Shown in pieces: positions 24,878 through 33,926 of a stretch of DNA of 64,000 nucleotides. Below the pieces are notes generated by a model. That model saw only the letters and a list, made by a program, of their open reading frames with translations. It did no database searches and was not told the DNA's origin. Position 1 is the first letter of the stretch, and the number at the start of each line of letters is the position of its first letter. The DNA is from an uncultured Clostridia bacterium. Its GTDB lineage: Bacteria; Bacillota; Clostridia; Oscillospirales; Oscillospiraceae. The stretch is taken from NCBI GenBank assembly GCA_946550725.1, contig CAMNQX010000009.1:69-64068 (forward strand), written 5' to 3'. The position numbers were made by a program, and so were the translations under genes.

Positions 24878-25924
24878 ATGAAAGAAAAAAACAATGAAAA
24901 AGTGAAGGGCAGCTCCGGCGCCCAGGCGCAGGGGAAGAGGGCCCTGAAAGGCGAAGCGGTCGTTCGCTTCATGCTGGACAACAAGGCTTTGATCCTCCTG
25001 ATCGTTTTGTTTGTCGCGCTTTCCATCGCTTCTCCGTACTTCCTGACGGTGCGCAACCTGCTGAATGTGGTTCGCCAGGCTTGCGGCCTGGCCATTATGG
25101 GCATCGGCTTCACACTGCTGTTAGGCTCCGGCAGCATGGACCTCTCCGTCGGTAACCTGATGGCGCTGATCGGCGTTTCCGCCGCTCTGCTGGATACGAG
25201 GCTCCATGCGCACCCCGTGCTGATCATTGTCATCTGCCTGGCGATCGGTATCGCGGGCCTGTGCTTCAACACCTTCCTGGTCCAAAAGTTCCAGCTGCCC
25301 GGGTTCATTCTCACGCTGGCCACCGGCTACATTTTTACCGGCATTATGTGGCTGATCTCCGGCGGCCAGTCCATCGCGGGCATCAGCGAATGGATGCGGT
25401 TCATCGGCCAGGGCACCCTGTTGGGGATCCCGTTCCAGATCTACCTGATGCTTCTTCTGGCCATCCTGTTCACCTTCCTGATCCGCAAGACCAAGTTTGG
25501 CCGCCATTCCCTGGCCATGGGCGGCAACGAGAACGCGGCCCGGGTGTGCGGCATCAACATCACCAAGGGCAAGTTCCTCATCGCCACCATTATGGGCGCC
25601 TGCGTGACCGTGGCGGCTCTGGTGACCACCGGCCGCGCGTCTTCCGCGCAGCTTTCCGCCGGCTCTGATACCGCGATGGACACCATCGCGGCCGTGGTCA
25701 TCGGCGGCACGCCCATGAACGGCGGCGTGGCGAATGTCCCCGGCACGGTGATCGGATGCCTGCTGATCCAGTTGATCTCCAACGGGCTGAACCTGCTGGA
25801 CGTCAACTCCAACTGGCATAAGATCGCGAAGGGCATCATCATTATCATCGCGGTGATCCTGGACGTTCAGGGCACCAAGATCATTGACCGCCTGCGCGTG
25901 AAGAGCCAGGAGAAAAACAAATAA
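24878..25924 (+). CDS. Sugar ABC transporter permease (RbsC-like).
   Basis: Multi-pass hydrophobic protein in operon position. The pattern is typical of branched-chain/monosaccharide-type permeases. Confidence 0.85.
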   Translation: MKEKNNEKVKGSSGAQAQGKRALKGEAVVRFMLDNKALILLIVLFVALSIASPYFLTVRNLLNVVRQACGLAIMGIGFTLLLGSGSMDLSVGNLMALIGVSAALLDTRLHAHPVLIIVICLAIGIAGLCFNTFLVQKFQLPGFILTLATGYIFTGIMWLISGGQSIAGISEWMRFIGQGTLLGIPFQIYLMLLLAILFTFLIRKTKFGRHSLAMGGNENAARVCGINITKGKFLIATIMGACVTVAALVTTGRASSAQLSAGSDTAMDTIAAVVIGGTPMNGGVANVPGTVIGCLLIQLISNGLNLLDVNSNWHKIAKGIIIIIAVILDVQGTKIIDRLRVKSQEKNK

Positions 25925-25942
25925 TTATTAGGAGTGAAAAAC

Positions 25943-26464
25943 ATGAGAGATGTTAAATCCCTGTTCCACATCAACTTCCCGACCTCTAACTGGGACGCCA
26001 TGGTGGACTACTATGTGAATGTCTGCGGCTTTGACCAGGCGTTTGTCATCTACACGGCCGACATGAAGAAGATGTTTGGCCAGCCCATCGAGGAGGGGGA
26101 TGACAAGCTCCCGCAGATCACCTATATCCGTGTCAGCCCCAACTCTTACATTGAGCTGGCAAACGCCGGCAAGGACAGAAGGACCATTTCCTGCGATCCC
26201 GCCTCCGCCTTCCACCACTTCTCGCTGCTGACCGACGATCTGGAGCGCACCTGCAGAAACATGGCGGCCAAGGGCCATCCTCTGTTCAACAATCCTCTGG
26301 ACCCCACGCCCGTTTGCCTGGAGCCATTCTCGCCCCACAAGGGGGAGGACGGCGCTCTGATCGCGTGGATGCAGGACCCGGACGGTCACTTCATTGAGGT
26401 CATGCAGCTCTCCGGCAACACCATGCAGGAGAAGTTTGAGAGAGAAAATCCCATTGTGGACTAA
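25943..26464 (+). CDS. VOC-family (glyoxalase/dioxygenase-fold) protein.
   Basis: LFHINFPTSNWDAMVDYYVNVCGF...HHFSLLTDDLE...DPDGHFIEVMQ is the VOC pattern. An AGGAG Shine-Dalgarno lies 8 nt before the ATG at 25943. Confidence 0.7.
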   Translation: MRDVKSLFHINFPTSNWDAMVDYYVNVCGFDQAFVIYTADMKKMFGQPIEEGDDKLPQITYIRVSPNSYIELANAGKDRRTISCDPASAFHHFSLLTDDLERTCRNMAAKGHPLFNNPLDPTPVCLEPFSPHKGEDGALIAWMQDPDGHFIEVMQLSGNTMQEKFERENPIVD

Positions 26465-26476
26465 GGAGAGACAACT

Positions 26477-26971
26477 ATGAGAGAATTTAACAAGCTGTTC
26501 CATCTCGCCCTGCACGTGACCGACATGGAAAAGTCGGTGGAGTTCTACGAGAAGCTGGGGTTTGAGAAGGTCTTTTCCCTGGATCTGCCCGACGGCCGCG
26601 TCTGGCTGACCTATATCCGCGTCACGGAGCTGCAGTATCTGGAGCTGTTCCAGATCTATCCCGACCATCCCATGACGCCCAGAGATCATATCTCCCACGG
26701 GGAGAACGACTTCTTTGCCCACCTCTCCGTGCTGGTCCCCGACATTTATGAGACCGCGAAACACTGGGCGGCCAAGGGCGTCAACGTGGTGTACGCTCCC
26801 TTCAAGCCGGAAGCGATCCCCCTGGAGGACGACTCTGTGATCCGGGGCCGTTACGGCGCCGACAAAAACTACATCTGCTGGGTCGTCGATCCGGACGGAA
26901 ACTGGATCGAAGTGATGGAGGAGCGGGAGGACAGCTGGCAGAAGGTATTTGAGGAAAAGAATCCGTTCTGA
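26477..26971 (+). CDS. VOC-family (glyoxalase/dioxygenase-fold) protein, second tandem copy.
   Basis: LFHLALHVTDMEKSVEFYEKLGF...AHLSVLVPD...DPDGNWIEVME. Confidence 0.7.
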   Translation: MREFNKLFHLALHVTDMEKSVEFYEKLGFEKVFSLDLPDGRVWLTYIRVTELQYLELFQIYPDHPMTPRDHISHGENDFFAHLSVLVPDIYETAKHWAAKGVNVVYAPFKPEAIPLEDDSVIRGRYGADKNYICWVVDPDGNWIEVMEEREDSWQKVFEEKNPF

Positions 26972-26983
26972 GGACAGGAGCAG

Positions 26984-28132
26984 ATGAGTATGTTAAAAGC
27001 TGCAGTAATTGGCGCCGGCTTTATCGGCGCCGCCCATGTGGAGGCAATTCGCCGCCTTGGAAATGTAGAACTGGTCGCCCTTTGCGACGCGATGGGCGTG
27101 GAGGCCAAGGCCGCGCAGATGAACATCGGGAAAGCCTATTCCGATTATAAGCAAATGATGGATGAGCTGGAGCTGGATGTGATCCACATCTGCACCCCCA
27201 ACCACACCCATTATGAGATCGCCAAGTGCGCCATTGAGCACGGGATCAACTTCATTTGTGAAAAACCCTTTACCACCACCGTGGAGCAGGCCGAGGAGCT
27301 GGTGGCGCTGGCCCGGGAGAAGGGCGTCAAGGGCATGGTCAACTTCCATAACCGGGTTTATCCCATGACCAACGAGATCCGCGAAATGGTCCGTGCAGGC
27401 GAGCTGGGCAGCCTTTTTTCCATTCACGGTGAGTATGTGCAGGACTGGCTCATGTACCAGACCGACTACTCCTGGCGTCTGGAGGGCAGCCAGGTGGGGG
27501 CCACCCGCGCGGTGGCGGACATCGGTTCACACTGGATGGATCTGGCCGAGTTTATCTCCGGCATGAAGATCAGCCGTGTTTGCGCCAAGTTCAGCACCGT
27601 CTATCCCGTGCGCAAGAAGCCCGCCGGCAAGGTGGAGACCTTTGCCTCTGCCGGCGCGGACGCCGCGTATGTGGACATTCCCATCAACACCGAGGATATT
27701 GCCGCCGTGCTGTTTGAGTTTGAGAACGGCGCCATTGGAAGCCTGATGGTGTCTCAGGTGTTTTCCGGGAAGAAAAACACCACGGTCCTGAACGTATCGG
27801 GCAGCAAAAAGTCCGCCGTATGGACCTCCGAGGCGCTGAACGACCTGTACATCGGCCACCGCGACCAGGCAAATGAGATCCTGACTAAGGACGCCGGCCT
27901 GATGCACCGCCACGCGGCCGCCAACGCCTCCTACCCCAGCGGCCACATCGAGGGGTTCCCCGACGCGTTCAAGAACGGCTTCCGCCAGTTCTATACCAGC
28001 CTGACCCAGGAAGGCGACTATGACTACGCCACGCTGGAGGACGGGCTGAGGGAGACGGTTCTTTGCGACGCGGTGTTCCAGAGCGCCCAACAGGGCGCCT
28101 GGGTCGATGTGCCGAAAGGAGGATGCGTATGA
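26984..28132 (+). CDS. Gfo/Idh/MocA-family NAD(P)-dependent oxidoreductase (DgpA-like candidate).
   Basis: N-terminal Rossmann motif MLKAAVIGAGFIGAAHVEA plus an EKP motif (CEKPF). Confidence 0.85.
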   Translation: MSMLKAAVIGAGFIGAAHVEAIRRLGNVELVALCDAMGVEAKAAQMNIGKAYSDYKQMMDELELDVIHICTPNHTHYEIAKCAIEHGINFICEKPFTTTVEQAEELVALAREKGVKGMVNFHNRVYPMTNEIREMVRAGELGSLFSIHGEYVQDWLMYQTDYSWRLEGSQVGATRAVADIGSHWMDLAEFISGMKISRVCAKFSTVYPVRKKPAGKVETFASAGADAAYVDIPINTEDIAAVLFEFENGAIGSLMVSQVFSGKKNTTVLNVSGSKKSAVWTSEALNDLYIGHRDQANEILTKDAGLMHRHAAANASYPSGHIEGFPDAFKNGFRQFYTSLTQEGDYDYATLEDGLRETVLCDAVFQSAQQGAWVDVPKGGCV

Positions 28133-29043
28133 AGCTGGGATTTATCACCTCGATCCTGCAGGATTATACCTTTGAGCAGGTCATCGATTTTGCGGCTGAG
28201 CAGGGCTTTGCGTGTGTGGAGGTCGCCTGCTGGCCCCAGGGGAAGGCGGAGCGCCGCTATGCCGGGGTAAGCCATCTGGACGTTGCCGGCATGACGCCCG
28301 AAAAGGCCGCCGAGATCAACCGGCTGTGCCGGGAAAAGAACGTGGCCATTTCCTCTCTGGCCTTCTACCCCAACACCATGGACGGCGACCTGAACAAACG
28401 GCAGAGCGCCATCGATCACCTGTACACGGTCATCGACGCCTCCGCCATGCTGGGCGTGAATATGGTCACCACCTTCATCGGCCGAGATCAAAGCAAGACC
28501 GTGGAAGAGAATCTGGCGATCTTCCAAGAGGTCTGGACGCCTATCATCCGCAGAGCCGAGGAGAAGAAGGTCCGGATCGCCATTGAAAACTGCCCCATGC
28601 TGTTCGGCGCCGACCAGTGGCCCGGCGGGCAGAATCTGTTCACCACGCCTGTGCTGTGGAGAAAGATGTTTGAGATCATCGACAGCGACTACTTTGGCAT
28701 CAACTATGACCCCTCCCATTTCGTGTGGCAGATGATGGACTACATCCAGCCCATCTACGAGTTCAAGGACAAGATCTTCCACGCCCACGTCAAGGACATC
28801 AAGCTCTACAAGGACAAGCTGGCGCAGTATGGCACCATGGCCTATCCCCTGGACTATATGTCCCCCAAGCTGCCTGGTTTGGGCGACGTGGATTGGGGCA
28901 AGTACATCTCCGCTCTGACGGACATCGGCTATACGGGCTATGTCGCCCTGGAGATCGAGGACAAAGCCTTTGAGGGCAGCGAGCGGGATGTACTGAACTC
29001 GCTGATCCTGTCCAAGCGGTACATGACCCAATTCGTCATTTGA
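28129..29043 (+). CDS. Sugar phosphate isomerase/epimerase (xylose-isomerase-like TIM barrel).
   Basis: MKLGFITSILQDYTFEQVIDFAAEQGFACVEV... is typical of AP_endonuc_2/xylose-isomerase-like TIM-barrel proteins. The start ATG at 28129 overlaps the upstream stop (ATGA). Confidence 0.8.
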   Translation: MKLGFITSILQDYTFEQVIDFAAEQGFACVEVACWPQGKAERRYAGVSHLDVAGMTPEKAAEINRLCREKNVAISSLAFYPNTMDGDLNKRQSAIDHLYTVIDASAMLGVNMVTTFIGRDQSKTVEENLAIFQEVWTPIIRRAEEKKVRIAIENCPMLFGADQWPGGQNLFTTPVLWRKMFEIIDSDYFGINYDPSHFVWQMMDYIQPIYEFKDKIFHAHVKDIKLYKDKLAQYGTMAYPLDYMSPKLPGLGDVDWGKYISALTDIGYTGYVALEIEDKAFEGSERDVLNSLILSKRYMTQFVI

Positions 29044-29052
29044 GGTGGCGCC

Positions 29053-29481
29053 ATGGAGGAAAGGATCGTACCCAGAAAATATGTGCTGTGTGAGGACGGG
29101 TTTGAAACGGTCATCGCCGATGGCCGGACGGTGGGCTTTCAGGTCAAGCTGCGCATCCCGGAGTACAGAGGGTTGCCCCTTGCGCTGGTGGGCGGAGTGA
29201 AGGTGGCGGTGGACGGGGTGGAGTATCCGCCCGAGTCCATGACCTTCACCTCGGAGGGATATACCTTTACGCGGGAGGAAATGGAGACCGTGACCGACGT
29301 GTATTGGCTGGTGGACCAGCCCCTGGTCGTGACGGTCCGCACGGACGCTCCTCCCGCACCCGGAGCGCACAAGGTCGCCGCCTATGCGGCCGTGCGGATC
29401 AGCTACATGCCTGTTGAACTGTACGCCGGGGAGGAAAAGACATTGACCCTGGACGAAGGGAGGGAACGCGATGGCGATTAA
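29053..29481 (+). CDS. Small protein resembling the beta subunit of C-glycoside deglycosidases (DgpB/CarC family).
   Basis: 142 aa. The FQVKLRIPEYRGLPLALVGGVKVAVDGVEY pattern matches my recollection of the beta-subunit family. It overlaps the following TIM-barrel gene by 11 nt, suggesting coupled translation of a heteromer. The assignment is from memory of the family, not a search. Confidence 0.5.
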   Translation: MEERIVPRKYVLCEDGFETVIADGRTVGFQVKLRIPEYRGLPLALVGGVKVAVDGVEYPPESMTFTSEGYTFTREEMETVTDVYWLVDQPLVVTVRTDAPPAPGAHKVAAYAAVRISYMPVELYAGEEKTLTLDEGRERDGD

Positions 29482-30571
29482 ATTAGGCGCGTCCTCCTAC
29501 AGCTACCAGGATGAATACGCGCTGGGCCTGATGACGCTGGAGGACACGATGGCGGCTCTGGCCGCCGCAGGCGGCACCGGCTATGAGGCGATCCTGGAGC
29601 AGATGGTTCCCGGCGGGAACTTCATGCACCTGTCCGACGAATTTGTGGGCAGATGGTTTGACGGCCTGGTCAAATATGGCCTGGAACCGACCTGCGCCGA
29701 CATTTTTGACGATTTCAATCTGTACCGTGGCCGCACCCTGACCGAGCGGGAACAGCTGAACCAGATGAAGCACTATCTGTCTGTGGCCCAAAGGCTGGGC
29801 TTTCAGTCCGTCCGCGTGCTGTGCAATACGCCGCTGACGGTGCTGGAGAAAGCGATCCCCATGGCAGAAGACTACGGCGTCAAGCTTGGCCTGGAGATCC
29901 ACGCCCCGCTGTCGATGAAGTCCCGTTGGGCCATCAACTGGATGGAGATGATTGACCGCGCCAACACCAAGTATGCCGGCATCATCCCTGATTTCGGGAT
30001 CTTCGGCCTGCGGCCCCTGACGCTGAACGTGGACAAGGCCATTCGCGCCGGCGCGGACCCCGAGCTGTGTCACTTCATCGTGGAGGAGTACAAAAAGAAC
30101 GCCAAGAAGCGGGCCGAGTCCAACCAGATCCTGGAGCACGCCTCGCCCGAGGAGATGATGCACCGGGGCGCCGAAGGGTCCGTGGAGCTGGAGGAAAAGG
30201 TGCGCGAGATGGGCGGCGGCCCTCTGGAGCTGGAGCTGGTCAACGCCCGGCTGTCCTATGACAACCCCCTGTGGCTGGTGGAGTACATGGACAAGATCGT
30301 CCATATCCACGCCAAGTTCTACGAGATGGTCCCCGATGGCAGCGGCGGCTATACCGATCCCAATATCGACACCGAGACGGTGGTCCGGGTCCTGCGGGAC
30401 AATGGCTACGACGGGTATCTTTCCAGCGAATACGAGGGGCAGGGCTTTTTTCGCGACCCCGGTTTCCCGGAGTACCCCGACGGGCCGGAACAGATCAGGC
30501 GGCATCATATCATGATCCGCAAAGTACTGAGCGAGCCTTATGTGGGCAAGCTGAGATCCTATGGAAGATAA
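29471..30571 (+). CDS. Xylose-isomerase-like TIM-barrel protein, candidate C-glycoside deglycosidase alpha subunit (DgpC/CarB-like).
   Basis: 366 aa and a TIM-barrel pattern (LGFQSVRV...GLEIHAP...HIHAKFYE). Translationally coupled to the small upstream ORF. Confidence 0.55.
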   Translation: MAIKLGASSYSYQDEYALGLMTLEDTMAALAAAGGTGYEAILEQMVPGGNFMHLSDEFVGRWFDGLVKYGLEPTCADIFDDFNLYRGRTLTEREQLNQMKHYLSVAQRLGFQSVRVLCNTPLTVLEKAIPMAEDYGVKLGLEIHAPLSMKSRWAINWMEMIDRANTKYAGIIPDFGIFGLRPLTLNVDKAIRAGADPELCHFIVEEYKKNAKKRAESNQILEHASPEEMMHRGAEGSVELEEKVREMGGGPLELELVNARLSYDNPLWLVEYMDKIVHIHAKFYEMVPDGSGGYTDPNIDTETVVRVLRDNGYDGYLSSEYEGQGFFRDPGFPEYPDGPEQIRRHHIMIRKVLSEPYVGKLRSYGR

Positions 30572-30589
30572 CAAACGGAGGTAATCTTA

Positions 30590-31489
30590 ATGGAAAGCAA
30601 AGTATATTCTCAGGTTTATTCTATTTTGAAGACATCCAGGGAAGGCGTTCTGGACGCGATCAAGGGCCTGGCGGAGATCGGCTTTGACGGCATCGAGGCC
30701 ATGGGTACCAACACCGGCAATCTGAGCAAGGCCGATTTCCACAAGTTCATCGATGATCTGGGCATCAAGATCATCTCCTTCCACAGCCTGCGCGACGACG
30801 ATGACCGCGCGTTCGCCCAGGAGTTTGGCGCGCAGTTTACCGACGTCCGCCCGCTGGACCACCTGGTCACCGTGGATGACTGCAAGAAAAGCGCCGAGAT
30901 GATGACCCAGACCTGCGAGCATCTGCGCAAGTTCGGCCTGACCGGCATCGTCCATAACCATGCGTCCGAGTTCCGCAAGGTGGCCGACGATCCCCAGCAT
31001 ACTCTGTACGACCTGCTGCTGGAGTACACCGATCCCGAGCTGGTGAAATTCGAGCTGGATGTGGGCTGGGCGGCCCGGGCCGGTGTCAATGTGGGCGACC
31101 TGATCCGCAAGTACGCCGGCCGGTTCCCCGTCCTTCACGTGAAGGAGTGCGACGCTGTGGCGACCTGCGATGACGATCTGGACCACTTCCCCAAGAAGGT
31201 CATGGAAATGATGAAGGTGGAGACCGCTTCCGCCGACAACAAGAAGGTGGTCAAGGGCGCCCCTGTGTTCTCCCCCGCGCAGATCGAGATCCTGTGCAAC
31301 TCCCGCTCCTGGAACGCCGAGCTGGGCAAGGGGATCATCGACTGGCAGGACGTAAAGGCGGCCGCGGAAGCTCAGCCCGGCGGCTGCGCGGCCTATATCA
31401 GCGAGCGCGAATTCTTTGGCTTCTACGGTCAGGAAGGGGACCCCATGGAGTTTGCAAAGCGCGACTACGAGTTCCTCCGCTCTCTCTAA
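30590..31489 (+). CDS. Sugar phosphate isomerase/epimerase (xylose-isomerase-like TIM barrel).
   Basis: GFDGIEA...IVHNHASEF...FELDVGW...LHVKE is the typical family pattern. Confidence 0.75.
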   Translation: MESKVYSQVYSILKTSREGVLDAIKGLAEIGFDGIEAMGTNTGNLSKADFHKFIDDLGIKIISFHSLRDDDDRAFAQEFGAQFTDVRPLDHLVTVDDCKKSAEMMTQTCEHLRKFGLTGIVHNHASEFRKVADDPQHTLYDLLLEYTDPELVKFELDVGWAARAGVNVGDLIRKYAGRFPVLHVKECDAVATCDDDLDHFPKKVMEMMKVETASADNKKVVKGAPVFSPAQIEILCNSRSWNAELGKGIIDWQDVKAAAEAQPGGCAAYISEREFFGFYGQEGDPMEFAKRDYEFLRSL

Positions 31490-31558
31490 GATATCAAGAA
31501 AAATGGCCTTCTCAAAAGAGAAGGCCATTTTTCTACGGGACGGTGTGGGAACGGAGCC

Positions 31559-32200
31559 TTATACCGCCTGGTCCTTGGCGATCAGGGCCTGCATGGCCGC
31601 TTCGCCCTCCCGGCTCATAGGCTGATAGCAGCCCAGCAGCTTGGCGTAGTAAGTGGTTTGCGCCATCTCCTCGGTGTAGACCGCTGCGGCCATAGCGGCC
31701 TTGATGTTCTTGCCGCAGGTGAACATGCCGTGGTTTTTCAGAAGCACGGAGCGGCCCTTGCTGCCCAGCGTCTCCACCACCGCGCCAGCCAGATCGTTGG
31801 TGCCGGGCATTGTGAAGGGGACCACCTGGACGGGGGTAAACTCGGCCTGGGGAGGCGTGATGGGACGCATGGGCTCGTCGGTCATGGCCATAATGGTGCA
31901 AAACATTCCGTGGGTATGGACCGTGGCGTTGATCTCCGGCCTGGCCTGGAGCACGGCCGTGTGCATGGGGGTCTCGGAGGAGGGCTTGAACTTTCCGTCC
32001 AGCCATTTGCCCTCGGGGGAGACGATCGCGATATCCTCCTCGGTCATGGTGGAGTAGGAAATCCCGCTGGGGGTGATGGCGATCATACCGGTCTCGGGGT
32101 CGCGGACGGCGATATTGCCGGAAGTGCCGTGGATCAGGCCCAGCTCCACAGCCTCTTTGATCGCGGTCAAAACCTGATGGCGGATCTCATAATGTTCCAT
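31559..32200 (-). CDS. Class II aldolase/adducin-family protein (fuculose-phosphate aldolase / ribulose-5-phosphate 4-epimerase-like).
   Basis: GTSGNIAVRD...ITPSG...KPSSETPMH...VHTHG motifs. The start is placed at the internal ATG (MEHYEIR) at 32200. Confidence 0.8.
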   Translation of the reverse strand: MEHYEIRHQVLTAIKEAVELGLIHGTSGNIAVRDPETGMIAITPSGISYSTMTEEDIAIVSPEGKWLDGKFKPSSETPMHTAVLQARPEINATVHTHGMFCTIMAMTDEPMRPITPPQAEFTPVQVVPFTMPGTNDLAGAVVETLGSKGRSVLLKNHGMFTCGKNIKAAMAAAVYTEEMAQTTYYAKLLGCYQPMSREGEAAMQALIAKDQAV

Positions 32201-32305
32201 TTGGCATACGCTCCTTCTTCCAGATTGATAAGACAAACATACTGATTCTCGGGGGAAATAGCAAATTCCGTTTTTCCGCATGAAAACGGAAAAACGGAAT
32301 GGGAT

Positions 32306-33763
32306 TCAGGAGAAGTGTTTTTGCAGCATCGTTTCATATGCCATCTGGTTGATAGCCCCGAAGTCCGCCGGGGTCAGGTGGGGAGAAATGGTGACGGCAG
32401 GTACAGCCAGACTGCGGAAGCCGGTCATATCCACGGTGGAGATCAGAAAATCGCAGTCGGTGTGCTCCAGAGCGCCGCGGTCGTAGACGGGGAAGGGGCC
32501 TTGAAGCCTCAGCCGCCCGGCAAAGTGCTGGGAGAGGCGCTCGCACAAATAGACGCTCAGACTGTCGGGGAGATGGCACACCACCAGCGCCACGGGTTGG
32601 ATCTCCGGGTGCCGGGTGATGAACCGGTTTTTCGCCGCGATCAGGCTGGGCAGCAGGGTCAGCGGGTCCACAGCGGTGTTGGGCAGGTCCAAAAGCTGCA
32701 GGGCCTGCTGCGTCAAAAAGCGGGAGAGCTGGGCCAGGTCCGGGTTCGCCGACTCCAGCTCCAGCAGCAGGTCCTGGCTGTCGAACCGGGGGAAGGCCAT
32801 GCGGTTGGTGCAGTCGCAGATAAAATTGCGAAAGGCGTTAAAAAACCGTTCCGAATCCAAAAAAGGAGCGGGAAATTCTTTGGCGGCGGCGCCGATGGCC
32901 TGATGCATCACGGCTTCCATGGCCTGGCTTGGCTGGCGCTGAAGCTTGGCCAGGGTGTCCTGGAGCCAGAACAGCTCGGACAGGGGCAGCGGGATCTCAT
33001 ACTTCCCGGAAAACAACTGGGCGACATCCTGCATGACGGCCTGCAGAGGAGGGGCGACGTCGGGACAGATCTGGGGCAGCCTTCCGGTGCGGAAGGAGCT
33101 GACCCAGGCGGCCAGGGCAAAATAGATGAAGCTGAAATCATCCAGAAGGATCTTGTGGCGGACCAGAAGATGACGGAGATCGGAGCGAAGCACCGACAAC
33201 TGCTCCAGATTCAACGTGCCGCCTGCGGATATAATGCCGGATCGGGAGTTAAAGTCGATGTTTTCGCTGTAAAGCCGCAAAAAGGCGATGCGGATCTCAG
33301 GCTCCTCCTGGACCAGAAACAAGGTGTCCCGGTGGCGGAGAAATTGAAGCCGGTCCGTGATCCAGCTGCTTTGCAACGCCCGGATGTCGTTTTCCAGGGT
33401 GGTGCGGCTGATATACATTTCGTCCTCCAAAAGATCCAGGCGGAGAGGGGCCTCGCTCCACAGCAGCCGCAGCAGCAGGTACTGGGTGCGGTCCTCCCGG
33501 GTCAGCAGCGCCACGTTGCGGGAGATGTAATTGTGGAAGCGGTCCCGGTCGGCGATCTCCAACCGGTAACCTTTGCCGCGGTAGGCGGTGATCACGGCAA
33601 CGGTGGGGTCGATGCAGCGGTTGATCTCCACGATATCGCTTCGCACCGTGCGGGCGGAGACGTTCAGCCGCTCGGCCAGGGCCTGCCCTGTCATGTATAT
33701 CTGGTTGCCGTTGAGAAAGCGGAGGATCCTCCGCTGCCGGTCCCGCAAGATGACATTGTCCAA
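32306..33763 (-). CDS. HTH-domain transcriptional regulator (Mga/MtlR/LicR-like architecture suspected).
   Basis: The N-terminus RQRRILRFLNGNQIYMTGQALAERLNVSARTVRSDIVEIN is a DeoR/HTH_11-type helix-turn-helix, on a long 485-aa body. PRD/EIIB-like parts were not verified. Confidence 0.6.
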   Translation of the reverse strand: MDNVILRDRQRRILRFLNGNQIYMTGQALAERLNVSARTVRSDIVEINRCIDPTVAVITAYRGKGYRLEIADRDRFHNYISRNVALLTREDRTQYLLLRLLWSEAPLRLDLLEDEMYISRTTLENDIRALQSSWITDRLQFLRHRDTLFLVQEEPEIRIAFLRLYSENIDFNSRSGIISAGGTLNLEQLSVLRSDLRHLLVRHKILLDDFSFIYFALAAWVSSFRTGRLPQICPDVAPPLQAVMQDVAQLFSGKYEIPLPLSELFWLQDTLAKLQRQPSQAMEAVMHQAIGAAAKEFPAPFLDSERFFNAFRNFICDCTNRMAFPRFDSQDLLLELESANPDLAQLSRFLTQQALQLLDLPNTAVDPLTLLPSLIAAKNRFITRHPEIQPVALVVCHLPDSLSVYLCERLSQHFAGRLRLQGPFPVYDRGALEHTDCDFLISTVDMTGFRSLAVPAVTISPHLTPADFGAINQMAYETMLQKHFS

Positions 33764-33926
33764 GGCGATCCCTCCGTTCCTTTTTGTCCATCTTACTATA
33801 TCCGGGCCGGAGTGTCAATGAAGGGGCAGCAAAGAGCAGCCATATTTTCCGCTTTGCATAGGAAAAGGTCGGCCTTTTCTTTCCAAAAGAAATCCAGTAC
33901 ACTAGGAGAAAAAGAGGGGTGATACT

